DNA of 24,000 nt, from NCBI RefSeq assembly GCF_036567765.1, contig NZ_DATCTU010000115.1, positions 23,080-47,079 on the forward strand. Reading direction: 5' to 3'. Positions within the stretch are counted from its first letter, which is position 1. Each line of letters opens with the position of its first letter. Position numbers and translations under genes: made by a program. The notes beneath the pieces are model-generated. The model made no database searches and was not told where the DNA came from. It saw nothing but the letters and a program-made list of their open reading frames with translations. This document shows positions 7,569-17,071 of this stretch, in pieces. Origin of the DNA: Pseudobacteroides sp. (lineage in GTDB: Bacteria > Bacillota > Clostridia > Acetivibrionales > DSM-2933).

Positions 7569-7842
7569 AAATTAGCTGGGCCAAAAATATTGCTATTATA
7601 GAATAGTGCAAAGATGATCTGGAATAAGAGTTAGAACAGAGATAATTGTTCCCGCTAAATATAATTACTCCTTCGGCAGTATTTTATCAATAATAAATCT
7701 ATTATACAATCCTTAATACTTTAGTTTATTTTTTATCTAGCTTCGTATTGTTTAGGTGCGATCAAAAAAATAATCTTTATGAACTATTATGGCCTCAATA
7801 TGATAAAATATAGAATAAACAAGCAATTGGAGGAAAGAGTTA

Positions 7843-8283
7843 ATGGAAGATAAAGTCATACTATTTTTATTAAAAGCAAAGAGAGCAACTTATGCTGGTA
7901 AAGGCTCAGAATTCAATCCATCAAGGCCTGAATCCCATGATTTACAGTTTGGGGAAAATGATTTATTGTATATAGATACATATCTTGGTGGTGAGAAGTT
8001 TGCCGGTGAAGAAGCAATATGGGAAAATGGAAAACCATTTTGGGCAATGAATTATTGTGGACGGGTTATTTCCTCTGAGTTTGATGGAGATTTTTTGAAG
8101 GAATCTTTAGTCAATGTTTCATATGATATGCCATATCGTGGTCCGCGTGAATATATAAAAGGCAACTATACATACAAGTGTGCTATAGAGGGTGATTTCG
8201 AATGGTTTAGCGGGTATGAAGAAATATATATATTTGACAAGAAAATATATGAGTGTATGTTTCATGGCGGACTTATTGTATAA
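7843..8283 (+). CDS. DUF5680-like protein
   Basis: RBS GGAGG lies 9 nt upstream. The segments KRATYAGKG...SRP.SHDL, YIDTYLGGEKFAGEEAIWENGKPFWAMNYCGRV and YKC...GDFEWFSGYEEIY match my recollection of DUF5680, which is usually fused to an XRE HTH. Here it stands alone. Not verified. Confidence 0.55.
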   Translation: MEDKVILFLLKAKRATYAGKGSEFNPSRPESHDLQFGENDLLYIDTYLGGEKFAGEEAIWENGKPFWAMNYCGRVISSEFDGDFLKESLVNVSYDMPYRGPREYIKGNYTYKCAIEGDFEWFSGYEEIYIFDKKIYECMFHGGLIV

Positions 8284-8410
8284 GCATTAACTATATACTA
8301 TATATAAATATTATTTAATTTACATCATCTTCATGAAAACAAACATAATAAAGACAAAAAACAAGCTAAATCGCTAGCGATTTGCAACCGTGATCGTTGT
8401 CGTAAGAATT

Positions 8411-8443
8411 AAAAAAAACGGTAGAATGAACATCTACCGTTTT
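8411..8443. terminator. bidirectional intrinsic terminator shared by convergent genes
   Basis: AACGGTAGA (8417..8425) pairs with TCTACCGTT (8433..8441) around a 7-nt loop. An A8 run lies on the left and TTTT on the right. On the minus strand the hairpin is followed by a long U-run. Confidence 0.8.
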
Positions 8444-8454
8444 GCTTGTCTTAA

Positions 8455-8826
8455 TTAACCAACATATTGGACGTTTTTTGAGAATGCCAGATATGGAAAG
8501 TATATTACTGGGAAGAAGAGTGCAAGTAATACTGACCCTATATCGCCTCTTCCATATGCTTTTAAAAAGCCTTGTAATGCCATGATACCTATGATGATAT
8601 TAATTACAGGTATAAACATTAATAACACCCAATACCAAGGATTACCTCCAATTTTCAACATTACAATAGCATTGTATATTGGGACAATACACGCCCAACC
8701 TGGCTCACCGGCTTTTTCAAACAAACGCCATTCACTGACTATAACCAGTATACCAACAATTAAGCCAATAACACTGAACAAAAGCATTGAACCTGCTGCC
8801 GCTGCCATTGCTGCTTCATTATTCAT
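8455..8826 (-). CDS. DUF5684-like small membrane protein
   Basis: The track ORF starts at GTG 8841. ATG 8826 has GGAGG 8 nt upstream (123 aa). WRLFEKAGEPGWACIVPIYNAIVMLKIGGNPWYWVLLMFIPVINII is the signature I associate with DUF5684. There are 3-4 TM helices. Confidence 0.65.
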   Translation of the reverse strand: MNNEAAMAAAAGSMLLFSVIGLIVGILVIVSEWRLFEKAGEPGWACIVPIYNAIVMLKIGGNPWYWVLLMFIPVINIIIGIMALQGFLKAYGRGDIGSVLLALFFPVIYFPYLAFSKNVQYVG

Positions 8827-9013
8827 TAACCCCACCTCCACTTTTTTAATTATGCTAAGGCTATATGCCTTTACATATACATTAAGACAAATAAAATATG
8901 ATGAAACAAAACAAGTCTACTACTATTTTATATCTTTTTGTGACTTTTTTCAACATTTTCCATTAGTCTTTTTTCATTTCTCAGAATATTCATATAGGAC
9001 TGAACTTTTATTT

Positions 9014-9829
9014 TTACTCTTTCCTATAAACAGCTGGCAAAATATATTTAAATCTTGTTTCTTCACGATTAAGCGATTCAGAGTGACCTATAAATAGATA
9101 TCCTCCCTGCTCCATAAATTCATAGAATTTATTCACAAGTTCAGTTCTTGTCGTTAAGTCAAAGTAAATCATTACGTTTCTGCAAAATATAACATGAAAT
9201 TTACGCCGGAAAGGAAAAATGTCCTGCATAAGATTAAACTTTTTAAAAATAACATCATCTTTAAGCCTGCTGATTATTTTGCTGTTTTCTTCATTTACTC
9301 TTACAAAGTAATTATTCTTCCATTTTTGCGGTAGCACTTCAATCAATTCATTTGGATAAACACCATTACAAGCTGTTTCAAGAACTTTTGTCGATATATC
9401 TGTTGCAAGTATTATAGTATCCCATAAGTTTTTTTCTAATCCAAAGTGCTCATCTACAATCATAGCTAATGTATATGGTTCTTCACCTGTTGAACAGCCT
9501 GCACTCCATATACGCAAATCTTTTTTTGCCGACTCTGTAGCCTCCAAATATGGAAGCACCTTGTTTTGGAAAAAGCTAAAATGCTCCGCCTCCCGCATAA
9601 AAAAAGTATGGTTGGTTGTTACCTTGTTAATCAAAGTAGTCAGTGCCCTTCCAGTCTTGTCAGTCAGTACATATGCCAAGTATTCCGAGAAACTTTTAAA
9701 GCCGTTTTGCTCCGTATAATTCTGTAGCCTTCCAATAACCAGTGCTTTTTTATTAAGAAGGTTAACCCCATATTTGCTTTTAATAATATCCACCAACTGA
9801 TTAAATTCTTTTTCTGTTATAGGTTTCAT
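9014..9829 (-). CDS. cheR: chemotaxis protein methyltransferase CheR
   Basis: The N-terminal helical CheR domain (FNQLVDIIKSKYGVNL) is followed by a SAM-binding motif (RIWSAGCSTGEEPYTLAM) and then IFCRNVMIYF. I prefer ATG 9829 (GGTGG 5 nt upstream) over the track start at 9841, which lacks an RBS. Confidence 0.9.
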   Translation of the reverse strand: MKPITEKEFNQLVDIIKSKYGVNLLNKKALVIGRLQNYTEQNGFKSFSEYLAYVLTDKTGRALTTLINKVTTNHTFFMREAEHFSFFQNKVLPYLEATESAKKDLRIWSAGCSTGEEPYTLAMIVDEHFGLEKNLWDTIILATDISTKVLETACNGVYPNELIEVLPQKWKNNYFVRVNEENSKIISRLKDDVIFKKFNLMQDIFPFRRKFHVIFCRNVMIYFDLTTRTELVNKFYEFMEQGGYLFIGHSESLNREETRFKYILPAVYRKE

Positions 9830-9901
9830 ATTCCCCACCATGCAACTTTTTGATTAAATGTAAACCTTTACAAATGTACGATTATCAACTTCTTAATATA
9901 G

Positions 9902-9928
9902 AAAAGGGGCAAGTTTTAGTCCCCTTTT
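9902..9928 (-). terminator. hairpin terminator between the MCP gene and cheR
   Basis: AAAAGGGG (9902..9909) pairs with CCCCTTTT (9921..9928) around an 11-nt loop, 18 nt past the MCP stop. The arms are T-rich on either strand. Confidence 0.5.
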
Positions 9929-9945
9929 CTATTAGTTTCTGTAGA

Positions 9946-11799
9946 TTAATACTTTCCAAAATTATTGTCCTCTAAAGAGATAGTTGCTTTTGGAGATATT
10001 TCCTTCATGGAAGCATCTCCTGCAGCAACGCCAGCTAATTTATCATTGTGGCTGTGCAGCTTCTTTTTTTCCACAATATTTTCGATCATCCGAACCATGT
10101 CCGAACTTAATCCGCCATCAAAGCCTGAATTTAGCTTCACCTTGCTAAGGCGAAATCTGCTGACTGCATTCTTTAGAAGCTCTGCCTGGCTTGATAATTC
10201 TTCGCTTGCAGATGCACTTTCTTCAGCTGTTGCCGAGTTAGTCTGAACAACTTGGGCTACCTGTGATATTGCTTGGTTAATCTGTGCAATTCCTGATGCC
10301 TGCTCATTTGATGCAGATGCAATATCGCCAACAAGTTGAGTCGCCTTGGTCACTCCATCAACAATCTTATCCAATGCCTCCGCTGTATTATTTGCGATTT
10401 CTGTCCCTGCTTCAACTTTCCTGATTGAGTTTTCTATCATTTCAGTGGTCTCTTTTGCAGCATTTGCACTTCTTGCTGCAAGGTTTCTAACCTCCTCAGC
10501 AACTACAGCAAAACCTTTCCCATGTTGTCCTGCCCTTGCAGCTTCAACAGCGGCATTTAATGCGAGGATATTGGTCTGAAAAGCTATTTCATCTATAACT
10601 TTAATTATTTTAGAAATATTCGAGGATGAATCGTTAATTTCCGCCATCGCCTTAACCATGCTTTGCATCTGGCTGTTTCCTTGCACCGCATTTTCTTTTG
10701 CAGCTAGTGCAAGCTGATTCGCCTGATTGGCGTTTGCAGCATTCTGTTTTGTCTGTGCAGCAACCTGAGTCATTGAAGAGGTTATTTCTTCAATGGAGCT
10801 GGCCTGTTCCGTAGATCCCTGGGACAGCATCTGGCTGGAAGCAGATACCTGTCTGGCTCCTGCAGCAACCTGATCTGAAGCTGAACTTATATTTGTAAGT
10901 ATTTCATTATTAGTTTCTATCATCTCACTTAGTTTTTTACCAAGCAAATCATTATCCGATTTAACCTTTACCCTCACTGTTAAATCTCCTGCTGCAATCT
11001 TTTCTGCTGCAAGTGCTTGATCTCGGATATTTTCCACCATTCTTCCAAAGGATTGCATAAGGCTGCCGATTTCATCCTTTGAGGTTGCCTCAACATTCAC
11101 GTTTACATCACCTACTGCAAGCTTGTCCGCAGCTTCAACCATCCTTTTAACAGGATTGCTTATAACACGGGAGATAAACAAGCCCAGCACTACGGCCAGC
11201 ACCATTCCTACTCCTATGAATACGATCATCATTAAGACCGATTGGTTTGCAGTTGCTGTATTTTCTTTTGATCTCTCTTCAGCCTGATTAAGGTTTAAAT
11301 CATAGAGCCTGGTTATTGAATCATCAATTTTGCCAACCAAATCTCCAAATTCTCCCTTGGTCATCTCCAAGGCCTCATTATCTTTATTGGCTAATGCCAA
11401 ATTGATGCATTCCGCACGAAGACTATTATACTTTTCTATATTTGATTTAACGCTATCGAACTCCTTTTGTTCAGTATCATTTGTAATAAGCTTTTCATAC
11501 TGTGCTAAATTATCAGAAACTTCCTTATCGTAATTTTTTATCTTTTCTATATATGTATCAAATCCACTATTATTAGCTATTATAAGCATTACGTTAACTC
11601 TCGCTCTTTGGAATGCAACAGCAGCTTTTTCCATAAATCCAAGGGGTACAGTGTTTTCCTTATACATCTGAGTATTATCATTATCAATTGACTTAATGTT
11701 CATAATTCCTGTGATTCCAACAACACCTGCAATCATTGCAACAAGAATAAATCCAATTATGAGCTTTACTGATATTTTCATGTTATAAAACCATTGCAT
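9946..11799 (-). CDS. methyl-accepting chemotaxis protein (4-helix-bundle sensor, HAMP, signalling domain)
   Basis: AAGGAGG lies 10 nt upstream of ATG 11799. Two TM segments flank a ~150-aa helical periplasmic domain, followed by a HAMP domain. The invariant hairpin tip is [40 protein letters not shown]. The protein ends in ...EDNNFGKY. Confidence 0.9.
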   Translation of the reverse strand: MQWFYNMKISVKLIIGFILVAMIAGVVGITGIMNIKSIDNDNTQMYKENTVPLGFMEKAAVAFQRARVNVMLIIANNSGFDTYIEKIKNYDKEVSDNLAQYEKLITNDTEQKEFDSVKSNIEKYNSLRAECINLALANKDNEALEMTKGEFGDLVGKIDDSITRLYDLNLNQAEERSKENTATANQSVLMMIVFIGVGMVLAVVLGLFISRVISNPVKRMVEAADKLAVGDVNVNVEATSKDEIGSLMQSFGRMVENIRDQALAAEKIAAGDLTVRVKVKSDNDLLGKKLSEMIETNNEILTNISSASDQVAAGARQVSASSQMLSQGSTEQASSIEEITSSMTQVAAQTKQNAANANQANQLALAAKENAVQGNSQMQSMVKAMAEINDSSSNISKIIKVIDEIAFQTNILALNAAVEAARAGQHGKGFAVVAEEVRNLAARSANAAKETTEMIENSIRKVEAGTEIANNTAEALDKIVDGVTKATQLVGDIASASNEQASGIAQINQAISQVAQVVQTNSATAEESASASEELSSQAELLKNAVSRFRLSKVKLNSGFDGGLSSDMVRMIENIVEKKKLHSHNDKLAGVAAGDASMKEISPKATISLEDNNFGKY

Positions 11800-11837
11800 G
11801 TCTATTATGCCTCCTTATAGTATCTTTTGTGTTTTCA

Positions 11838-12344
11838 TTAACAGCTAAAGTCATCCATTAACGTTACTGTCTTCATAGCGAAGTCACTTAGCAGACTGTC
11901 ACAGTCCAAAATCAGTTTCACACTGCTATCAATCTTGCCTATACCTTTTATAAACTTATTTTGGTAATCGCTAGATAAATTTGGTGGCGGAACAATGTTT
12001 TCTTGAGAGATTGATAATACCTCTGCTACATTATCTACAATTAATCCCACAGAAATGCCCTTTACCTGAATTACTATTGTACAAGTCCTGTCATTATAAT
12101 CCTTTTCCTCCTTTCTAAACCTAAGCCTTACGTCAATCACCGGAATGATCTTTCCCCGCAGGTTAATAATTCCTTTTAAATAGCCGGTGAATTCAGGCAC
12201 CTCTGTAATCACCTGCAATCCTATTATTTCAGTTACATGCCTGATTTCTATCCCGTACTCATCCCCACCAAGTGCAAATGTCAGGTACTTTCCCTTCTGT
12301 GCATCTTCTCCAATTTCCAAAGCTTCTTCCAATATCTGTGCCAT
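11838..12344 (-). CDS. cheW: chemotaxis coupling protein CheW
   Basis: The CheW-like domain includes YLTFALGGDEYGIEI and IINLRGKIIPVIDVRLRF. The track ORF extends to 12389, but ATG 12344 (MAQILEE) has AAAGGAG 8 nt upstream (168 aa). Confidence 0.85.
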   Translation of the reverse strand: MAQILEEALEIGEDAQKGKYLTFALGGDEYGIEIRHVTEIIGLQVITEVPEFTGYLKGIINLRGKIIPVIDVRLRFRKEEKDYNDRTCTIVIQVKGISVGLIVDNVAEVLSISQENIVPPPNLSSDYQNKFIKGIGKIDSSVKLILDCDSLLSDFAMKTVTLMDDFSC

Positions 12345-12528
12345 CTTTACTACTCCTTTCTTAGAATTAATAGTACTGATATTATCCATTTGGTCAGTCC
12401 ATTAGTTTCTCCCTAGCACATGGCAAACAATATCCAGGAAATTATTTGATTCAAATTTAATTCCTAGATAGATTTACAATAATTTATCGTATATAAAGTA
12501 AGTTTCTTTAATACTTAGTTTAGAGCAA

Positions 12529-12939
12529 TTATATGAAATGTGATAAAAATAACAAAACCAGCCAAACATCTTCAGGCTTTTTATTGAGATTTTCGCGAAT
12601 AAAACTATGTCTTAGGCAGTGATTCCACTCTTCATATCTTTCAACCTTGCCTAATATGTTCCTAGAGATTGATAATAAGTAGTCAATGTCCCCTTTTTTT
12701 CTCTTTCTTTTTTCCTGTTTCATTTCAAGCTTAATCATCTTCTCCTCCCTGCAATCAATTGGCACAGGTCTACTAAAAACCAGTTTAGAATAGCTTTTGA
12801 GCAAATAGGAATAAACCTCATAGTCTTTTGGCTCTGTATCAAAAACAACCCTTGAGGTTTCAAGAAATCCATCCTCGACTCTTTCAAAAACCCCAGCCCA
12901 AAAAGGTCCTTCAAAGAACACTGTTAGTTTAATATTCAT
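12529..12939 (-). CDS. YjdF/DUF2992-like protein, probably frameshifted at a homopolymer
   Basis: The N-terminal 60 aa (MNIKLTVFFEGPFWAGVFERVEDGFLETSRVVFDTEPKDYEVY) match my recollection of the YjdF family. The C-terminal ~53 aa look unrelated. An A7 run (12694..12700) precedes an alternative-frame ending ...KKRGH-stop that resembles the family's usual basic tail. Confidence 0.6.
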   Translation of the reverse strand: MNIKLTVFFEGPFWAGVFERVEDGFLETSRVVFDTEPKDYEVYSYLLKSYSKLVFSRPVPIDCREEKMIKLEMKQEKRKRKKGDIDYLLSISRNILGKVERYEEWNHCLRHSFIRENLNKKPEDVWLVLLFLSHFI

Positions 12940-13011
12940 TTGTTATTCTCCCTGTTAATTTGCTTATAAAGAGAAGGGACAACTCCAGGAGGGCAGATTA
13001 TTGACAGTAAA

Positions 13012-14193
13012 CTACATCTCTTTTATAAAATCCAATATAAAGCTTGCTGCTGCCTTATAGCCTCCAGCCTCAATAAATGACCTGCCTATCTCAGTACTGC
13101 ATGCTTTATAGCCTTTATCGGACATAACACTCTTAACCGAATCTTTTAAAATATTCACTGTGATGTCCTCCATCTTGAGCTCCAGCCCAGCCCCGAGTTT
13201 TACCAGTTGTCTGCTGACCATATATTGATCATTTACCTGAGGGATGGATATAACAGGTACACCATAATATAATGCCTCACCTACACTGTTAAGGCCTCCA
13301 TGACTAATAGAAACATCACATATTTTCAACACCTCAAGCTGAGGTACATAATTCCGTACTATGAAGTTATCCGGTATGTCACCTAGCAACCCTAAATCAG
13401 TTTTATTACCTACTGACATAATTACCCTCCAGTTTTCATCCTTAAAGGCCTCTATTGACTTTTTATAAAAATCTACACATCGGTTATTTATTGTTCCCAG
13501 GGATATATAAATGACTGGTTTATTTCCCTCTTTATCTATTTTGAAGTCCAAGCACTCTTCCCTTTCAGCTATGGACGGTCCAACAAACCTGAAGCTGTCA
13601 TCAAAGCTCTCCGATTCAGGCTGAAACATTTTTGATGTATAAACAATGTTCAATCTTTCCTTTTTGAAGAAAATATCCATGATGTCAAGCTTTTGAGTAC
13701 CACATTCCTTAGATGCCTCTTTTACCTTTCCATACAAATTATCCAACTGAGGATTGTAGCCTGGCTCGAACATATGAGGCGGCATGGGAAGCCTGTTCAT
13801 GGCAAAGGAAGTACAGGAACATATTGCAGGAATATTCAGCAATTTTGCCAACACACTTCCTCCTCCAAACATAGAATCATGTATTATGTAGTTATAATCT
13901 TCACCCGCAGCATTTTCTGTGATCAGAGAAATTGCCAACCTATCCATTTCCAACATAAATTCTATAAGTGTATAGAAAGGATGATTGCCACTGGGTTTAA
14001 AGGCTTGGAAAAGCTCATACATCCGGCTTCCATAGTCTACAAATCGAGCACCGGCAGCCTCAATCTTCTCCTTAAATTCCTTTGTAGAAAAATACCAAAC
14101 CTCCTCCCCCGCTTTTACCAATTCTTTAACCACCGGCAGCGTGGGATTTATGTGGCCATGAACATTTCCATTTATAAACAGCACCTTTGCCAT
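13012..14193 (-). CDS. macrolide-type UDP-glycosyltransferase (GT1, MGT/OleD/YjiC-like)
   Basis: The N-terminus VLFINGNVHGHINPTLPVVKELVKAGEEVWY and the C-terminal UGT signature HGGLNSVGEALYYGVPVISIPQVNDQ are both present. RBS GGGAGG lies 5 nt upstream. Confidence 0.85.
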   Translation of the reverse strand: MAKVLFINGNVHGHINPTLPVVKELVKAGEEVWYFSTKEFKEKIEAAGARFVDYGSRMYELFQAFKPSGNHPFYTLIEFMLEMDRLAISLITENAAGEDYNYIIHDSMFGGGSVLAKLLNIPAICSCTSFAMNRLPMPPHMFEPGYNPQLDNLYGKVKEASKECGTQKLDIMDIFFKKERLNIVYTSKMFQPESESFDDSFRFVGPSIAEREECLDFKIDKEGNKPVIYISLGTINNRCVDFYKKSIEAFKDENWRVIMSVGNKTDLGLLGDIPDNFIVRNYVPQLEVLKICDVSISHGGLNSVGEALYYGVPVISIPQVNDQYMVSRQLVKLGAGLELKMEDITVNILKDSVKSVMSDKGYKACSTEIGRSFIEAGGYKAAASFILDFIKEM

Positions 14194-14221
14194 ATTGACC
14201 TCCCTATTTGTTTATTGTAGT

Positions 14222-14788
14222 TTATATTATATTTTCTATAGTCTCTTCACACCATTTAAGTGCCGCTTCCGATGCTAAAATTCCATAACGCAGCGGGGCT
14301 AACCAGTAAGCGTACTGAGGATGTTTTTTGGTATTTACATCATTTAAAAAAGATTCCTCCAATTGCTTATATTCTTTTAGTTTATCTTCATGACGCTTTT
14401 TAACATCTTTCATCATTTCAATTACATTTTCCTTAGGTATATAATTTCCAAAGGACAGCTTTAAAAGCAGCTCAGAGCGGGGCGGTTGAGGCTCAAAAGG
14501 CTGCATAAGCCACTCGCAGAATTCCTTTCTGCCTTTATCGGTAATTTCATATATCTTTCTCTTAACCCCATCATTTCTGTCATTCAAACTTATAAGTCCT
14601 TCTTTTTCCAGCTGGCTTAGCACAGGATAAATATATAGGAAAATTAAAACACACTTATTTTTCAGAAGGTCAAAAAACATCACAACTAATGAAATTAATG
14701 ATAAAACAAAGTTTGAAATGACAGATACCGTTCTAGTTATCGATTTCGGAACTTCAAATAGTGCAGCAGGAGGCTTTTTAAAAAGCAA
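14222..14788 (-). pseudogene. PadR-family regulator lacking its N-terminal winged-helix portion (5'-truncated)
   Basis: From about residue 53 onward the product is a typical PadR: IYPVLSQLEKEGLIS...RKIYEITDKGRKEF, plus a PadR C-terminal dimerisation-type domain. The first ~52 codons (MLFKKPPAALFEVPKS...) have no PadR character and are antisense to the start of the Hsp70-like locus. The only in-frame Met near the junction is at 14680. The homology breakpoint is about 14630..14650. Confidence 0.65.
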
Positions 14789-15944
14789 TTATGTAAATAC
14801 ACCTGATACAAACGATATTTTAAACCCAAAAATTAAACTTGATGAAATTAATTATGTAAAACTTACAAATTCTGTGAATACAGCGTATTCAGAATCAATT
14901 ATGCTTCCTTCAATAGTTTATATATGTGATTGTTCTGATCCTGATGATATTAAGTATGCATTCGGACATGATGCCAGAAACCTGATTGAAAAGGATTATA
15001 CTATGAGTGCCAGCTGCTTTCATGGAATAAAAAGGTGGATCAATGGCTATACGAAGGAAGAACAATTGTATGATGTTTATGGAAACACAACTACAATTAA
15101 TCGAAATCAGAAAAGCCTTTCTAAAGCATATTATTGATACCGCTGAAAGTCAATTTAAATGCAAATTTAAAAATCTGCATATTTTCACTCCTATAAACTT
15201 ACCCGAATACAATATTGTAACAAAGAGATCTATAGATGAATCTACAGCTGTACTTTACAGTACCATTGCCGAAAGTATTGAAAAGGGCACTATCACAATG
15301 GGTCAGGAGCATACTGCACTAGTACTGGATTGCGGCGGTGGAACTACAGACATATCTTCATGTAAAAATGGCATTTCTAACTTTTATCATAAGCTGGATA
15401 AATGCTATGAAGACGCAGAAAGAATTATTCCAACAAGATATAAGGATTATGAAAACAAGCTTTTTGTAGACTATCAGGAGGTTCAGAGCAACTTTTACTT
15501 TCTTTGGGAAATCAGCAGAGAACATAAAAATAAAATTCTTCAATAATTCGACTGTTATCCGCAGTAAAATTGACCTCCAAAATCGGAGCCTTTCAATTAT
15601 TCAAAACGGAAGCTTTACAAGCACAACAGCTATCCCTGACATTGTGCTTAATGTAAATGATATAGAGATCCTCATAAGCAGTGACATATATGAAATAACC
15701 AGAAAACACCTTTTAGAGCTCTATAAAAACCAAAAGCTAGGAAACTTCTTTATAGTTAAACTATCCGGTCAGTCCTGCCTAATCAATATCTTTAAGGAGG
15801 CTTCTAAAAGAGCTTGTGCCCGGCAAAAGCATTTATTCCGACATAAAAAATCCGGGTGATAGTGCCTCTTCACTAAAGCTGCCCTGTTTAAACGGGGTTA
15901 TTAGATACCTTAACTCATTAAAGGCAGAAGATATTACCGCCTAA
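14718..15944 (+). pseudogene. Hsp70/actin-fold ATPase (NBD-only, YegD/HscC-like) pseudogene with at least 3 frameshifts
   Basis: Phosphate-1 VIDFGTSNSAAG and phosphate-2 VLDCGGGTTDIS are present, along with IDESTAVLY (the EPTAA equivalent) and a C-terminal KLSGQS.../NPGDSASSLKLPCLNGVIRY (the LVGG...NP..aVa.GA equivalent). Homology continues across three reading frames, with shifts near 15095-15115, 15541-15546 and 15800-15815. There is no RBS before ATG 14718. Confidence 0.7.
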
Positions 15945-16029
15945 AATATCCTTGCCGCTATGTTATTGACACTTATGCTGCTTTAGTATAGCGGTACTGT
16001 TTTACAAACATATAAATGTACTAATAGCA

Positions 16030-16920
16030 TTAAGGGCTCAAGAACGATAGGAATTTCCCTGCAGCAGCTGATAAAGGTATGGAATTTAGATACACCACTC
16101 CTAAATTTCTTGGTGGAATTTGCTCCTTTAATGTAATTTCATATAAAAAGTTCCTATCCAGCTCATAAGTAACAAAATTTTTGATTACACAAGCCACACC
16201 AAAATCTATCATTGCAAATCGGACCAGCAGCTCAAAATTCCCCAGCTCTATTTCAGGCCGAATTACAATATTGTTTTTAGCAAGGTATTTTTCTATATAT
16301 ATCCTTGAATTGCTCTCTTTTTCCAAAAGAAGCATGGGAAACTTCACCAAATCAGAGATAGATACCGGTCCTTGGGAAAGCTTTTTGAACTTTTCTCCAA
16401 CCACAAAGCAATCCTGTATCTCCATTATATTATGAACAATCAATTCCTTATACTCAGCCTCATCTATAGGAAGGTTCGCTATTCCTAAATCTATCTTGCC
16501 CTTTTTAAGCATGTCTATTATTACCGGCGTGGTATGATTTACTATATGAATCCTGACCCCCGGGTAGGTACGGTTAAACTCCTTTAGATGGGGAATAAGA
16601 TAATGCTTGCATACCGTATCGCCAACTCCTATTGTGAATTCTCCTTGTTCTAAGGTCTTTATTTCTTCTAATTTTTTCTCACCTAGGTATATAAAGTTAA
16701 ATGCCTGTTCTATATATTTATACAGAACCTGTCCCTCTTTAGTAAGCTTAACACCCTTAGGTGTTCTAAAGAAAAGTGAACACCCGCTTTTCTCCTCAAG
16801 CTGCTGAATTGCACGACTAACAGCAGGCTGAGTAATGAACAAAATCTCCGATGCCTTTGTGATACTCCCTTCTTTAGCAACTATATAAAAAGTTTTATAT
16901 AACTCAGTATTTATCATCAT
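16030..16920 (-). CDS. LysR-family transcriptional regulator
   Basis: The N-terminal HTH is FYIVAKEGSITKASEILFITQPAVSRAIQQLEE, followed by a LysR substrate-binding domain. The gene is divergent from adhE. Confidence 0.9.
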   Translation of the reverse strand: MMINTELYKTFYIVAKEGSITKASEILFITQPAVSRAIQQLEEKSGCSLFFRTPKGVKLTKEGQVLYKYIEQAFNFIYLGEKKLEEIKTLEQGEFTIGVGDTVCKHYLIPHLKEFNRTYPGVRIHIVNHTTPVIIDMLKKGKIDLGIANLPIDEAEYKELIVHNIMEIQDCFVVGEKFKKLSQGPVSISDLVKFPMLLLEKESNSRIYIEKYLAKNNIVIRPEIELGNFELLVRFAMIDFGVACVIKNFVTYELDRNFLYEITLKEQIPPRNLGVVYLNSIPLSAAAGKFLSFLSP

Positions 16921-17071
16921 ATAATCTGTATTTATACCCCCTATGTTTAATATGCATTTTATTTATGTGGTTACATCAATTATAATTTAAATATAAGGTT
17001 AACTCAACAAGAGATAATATTTTCAGTTAACAATTTAAACTAAATAATACTACATTTTATTGCACCTGTAA

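Noticed and set aside
8368-8383. Perfect 16-bp palindrome AAATCGCTAGCGATTT between the convergent DUF5680-like and DUF5684-like genes.
   Set aside because: It is short and lies in a 3' intergenic region with no promoter to regulate. At best it is a weak secondary hairpin upstream of the strong shared terminator at 8411..8443.
7843-8826. The DUF5680-like and DUF5684-like genes considered as a possible two-gene system.
   Set aside because: They are convergent with a shared terminator, so they are not co-transcribed. The adjacency is probably coincidental.
12940-13011. Possibility of a yjdF-type (azaaromatic) riboswitch upstream of the YjdF-like gene.
   Set aside because: Only 72 nt separate it from the glycosyltransferase stop, and I see no multi-stem structure. 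There is only a 5-bp UUCUC/GAGAA pairing with the RBS, which is insufficient for that RNA class.
15945-16029. 7-bp inverted repeat CCGCTAT...ATAGCGG and a TTGACA-like hexamer between the Hsp70-like pseudogene and the lysR stop. There is also a short minus-strand ORF (MLLVHLYVCKTVPLY) that I checked as a possible displaced padR N-terminus.
   Set aside because: The stem is short with a ~39-nt loop and no U-tract. The peptide has no convincing PadR helix pattern. I treat it as non-functional remnant sequence.
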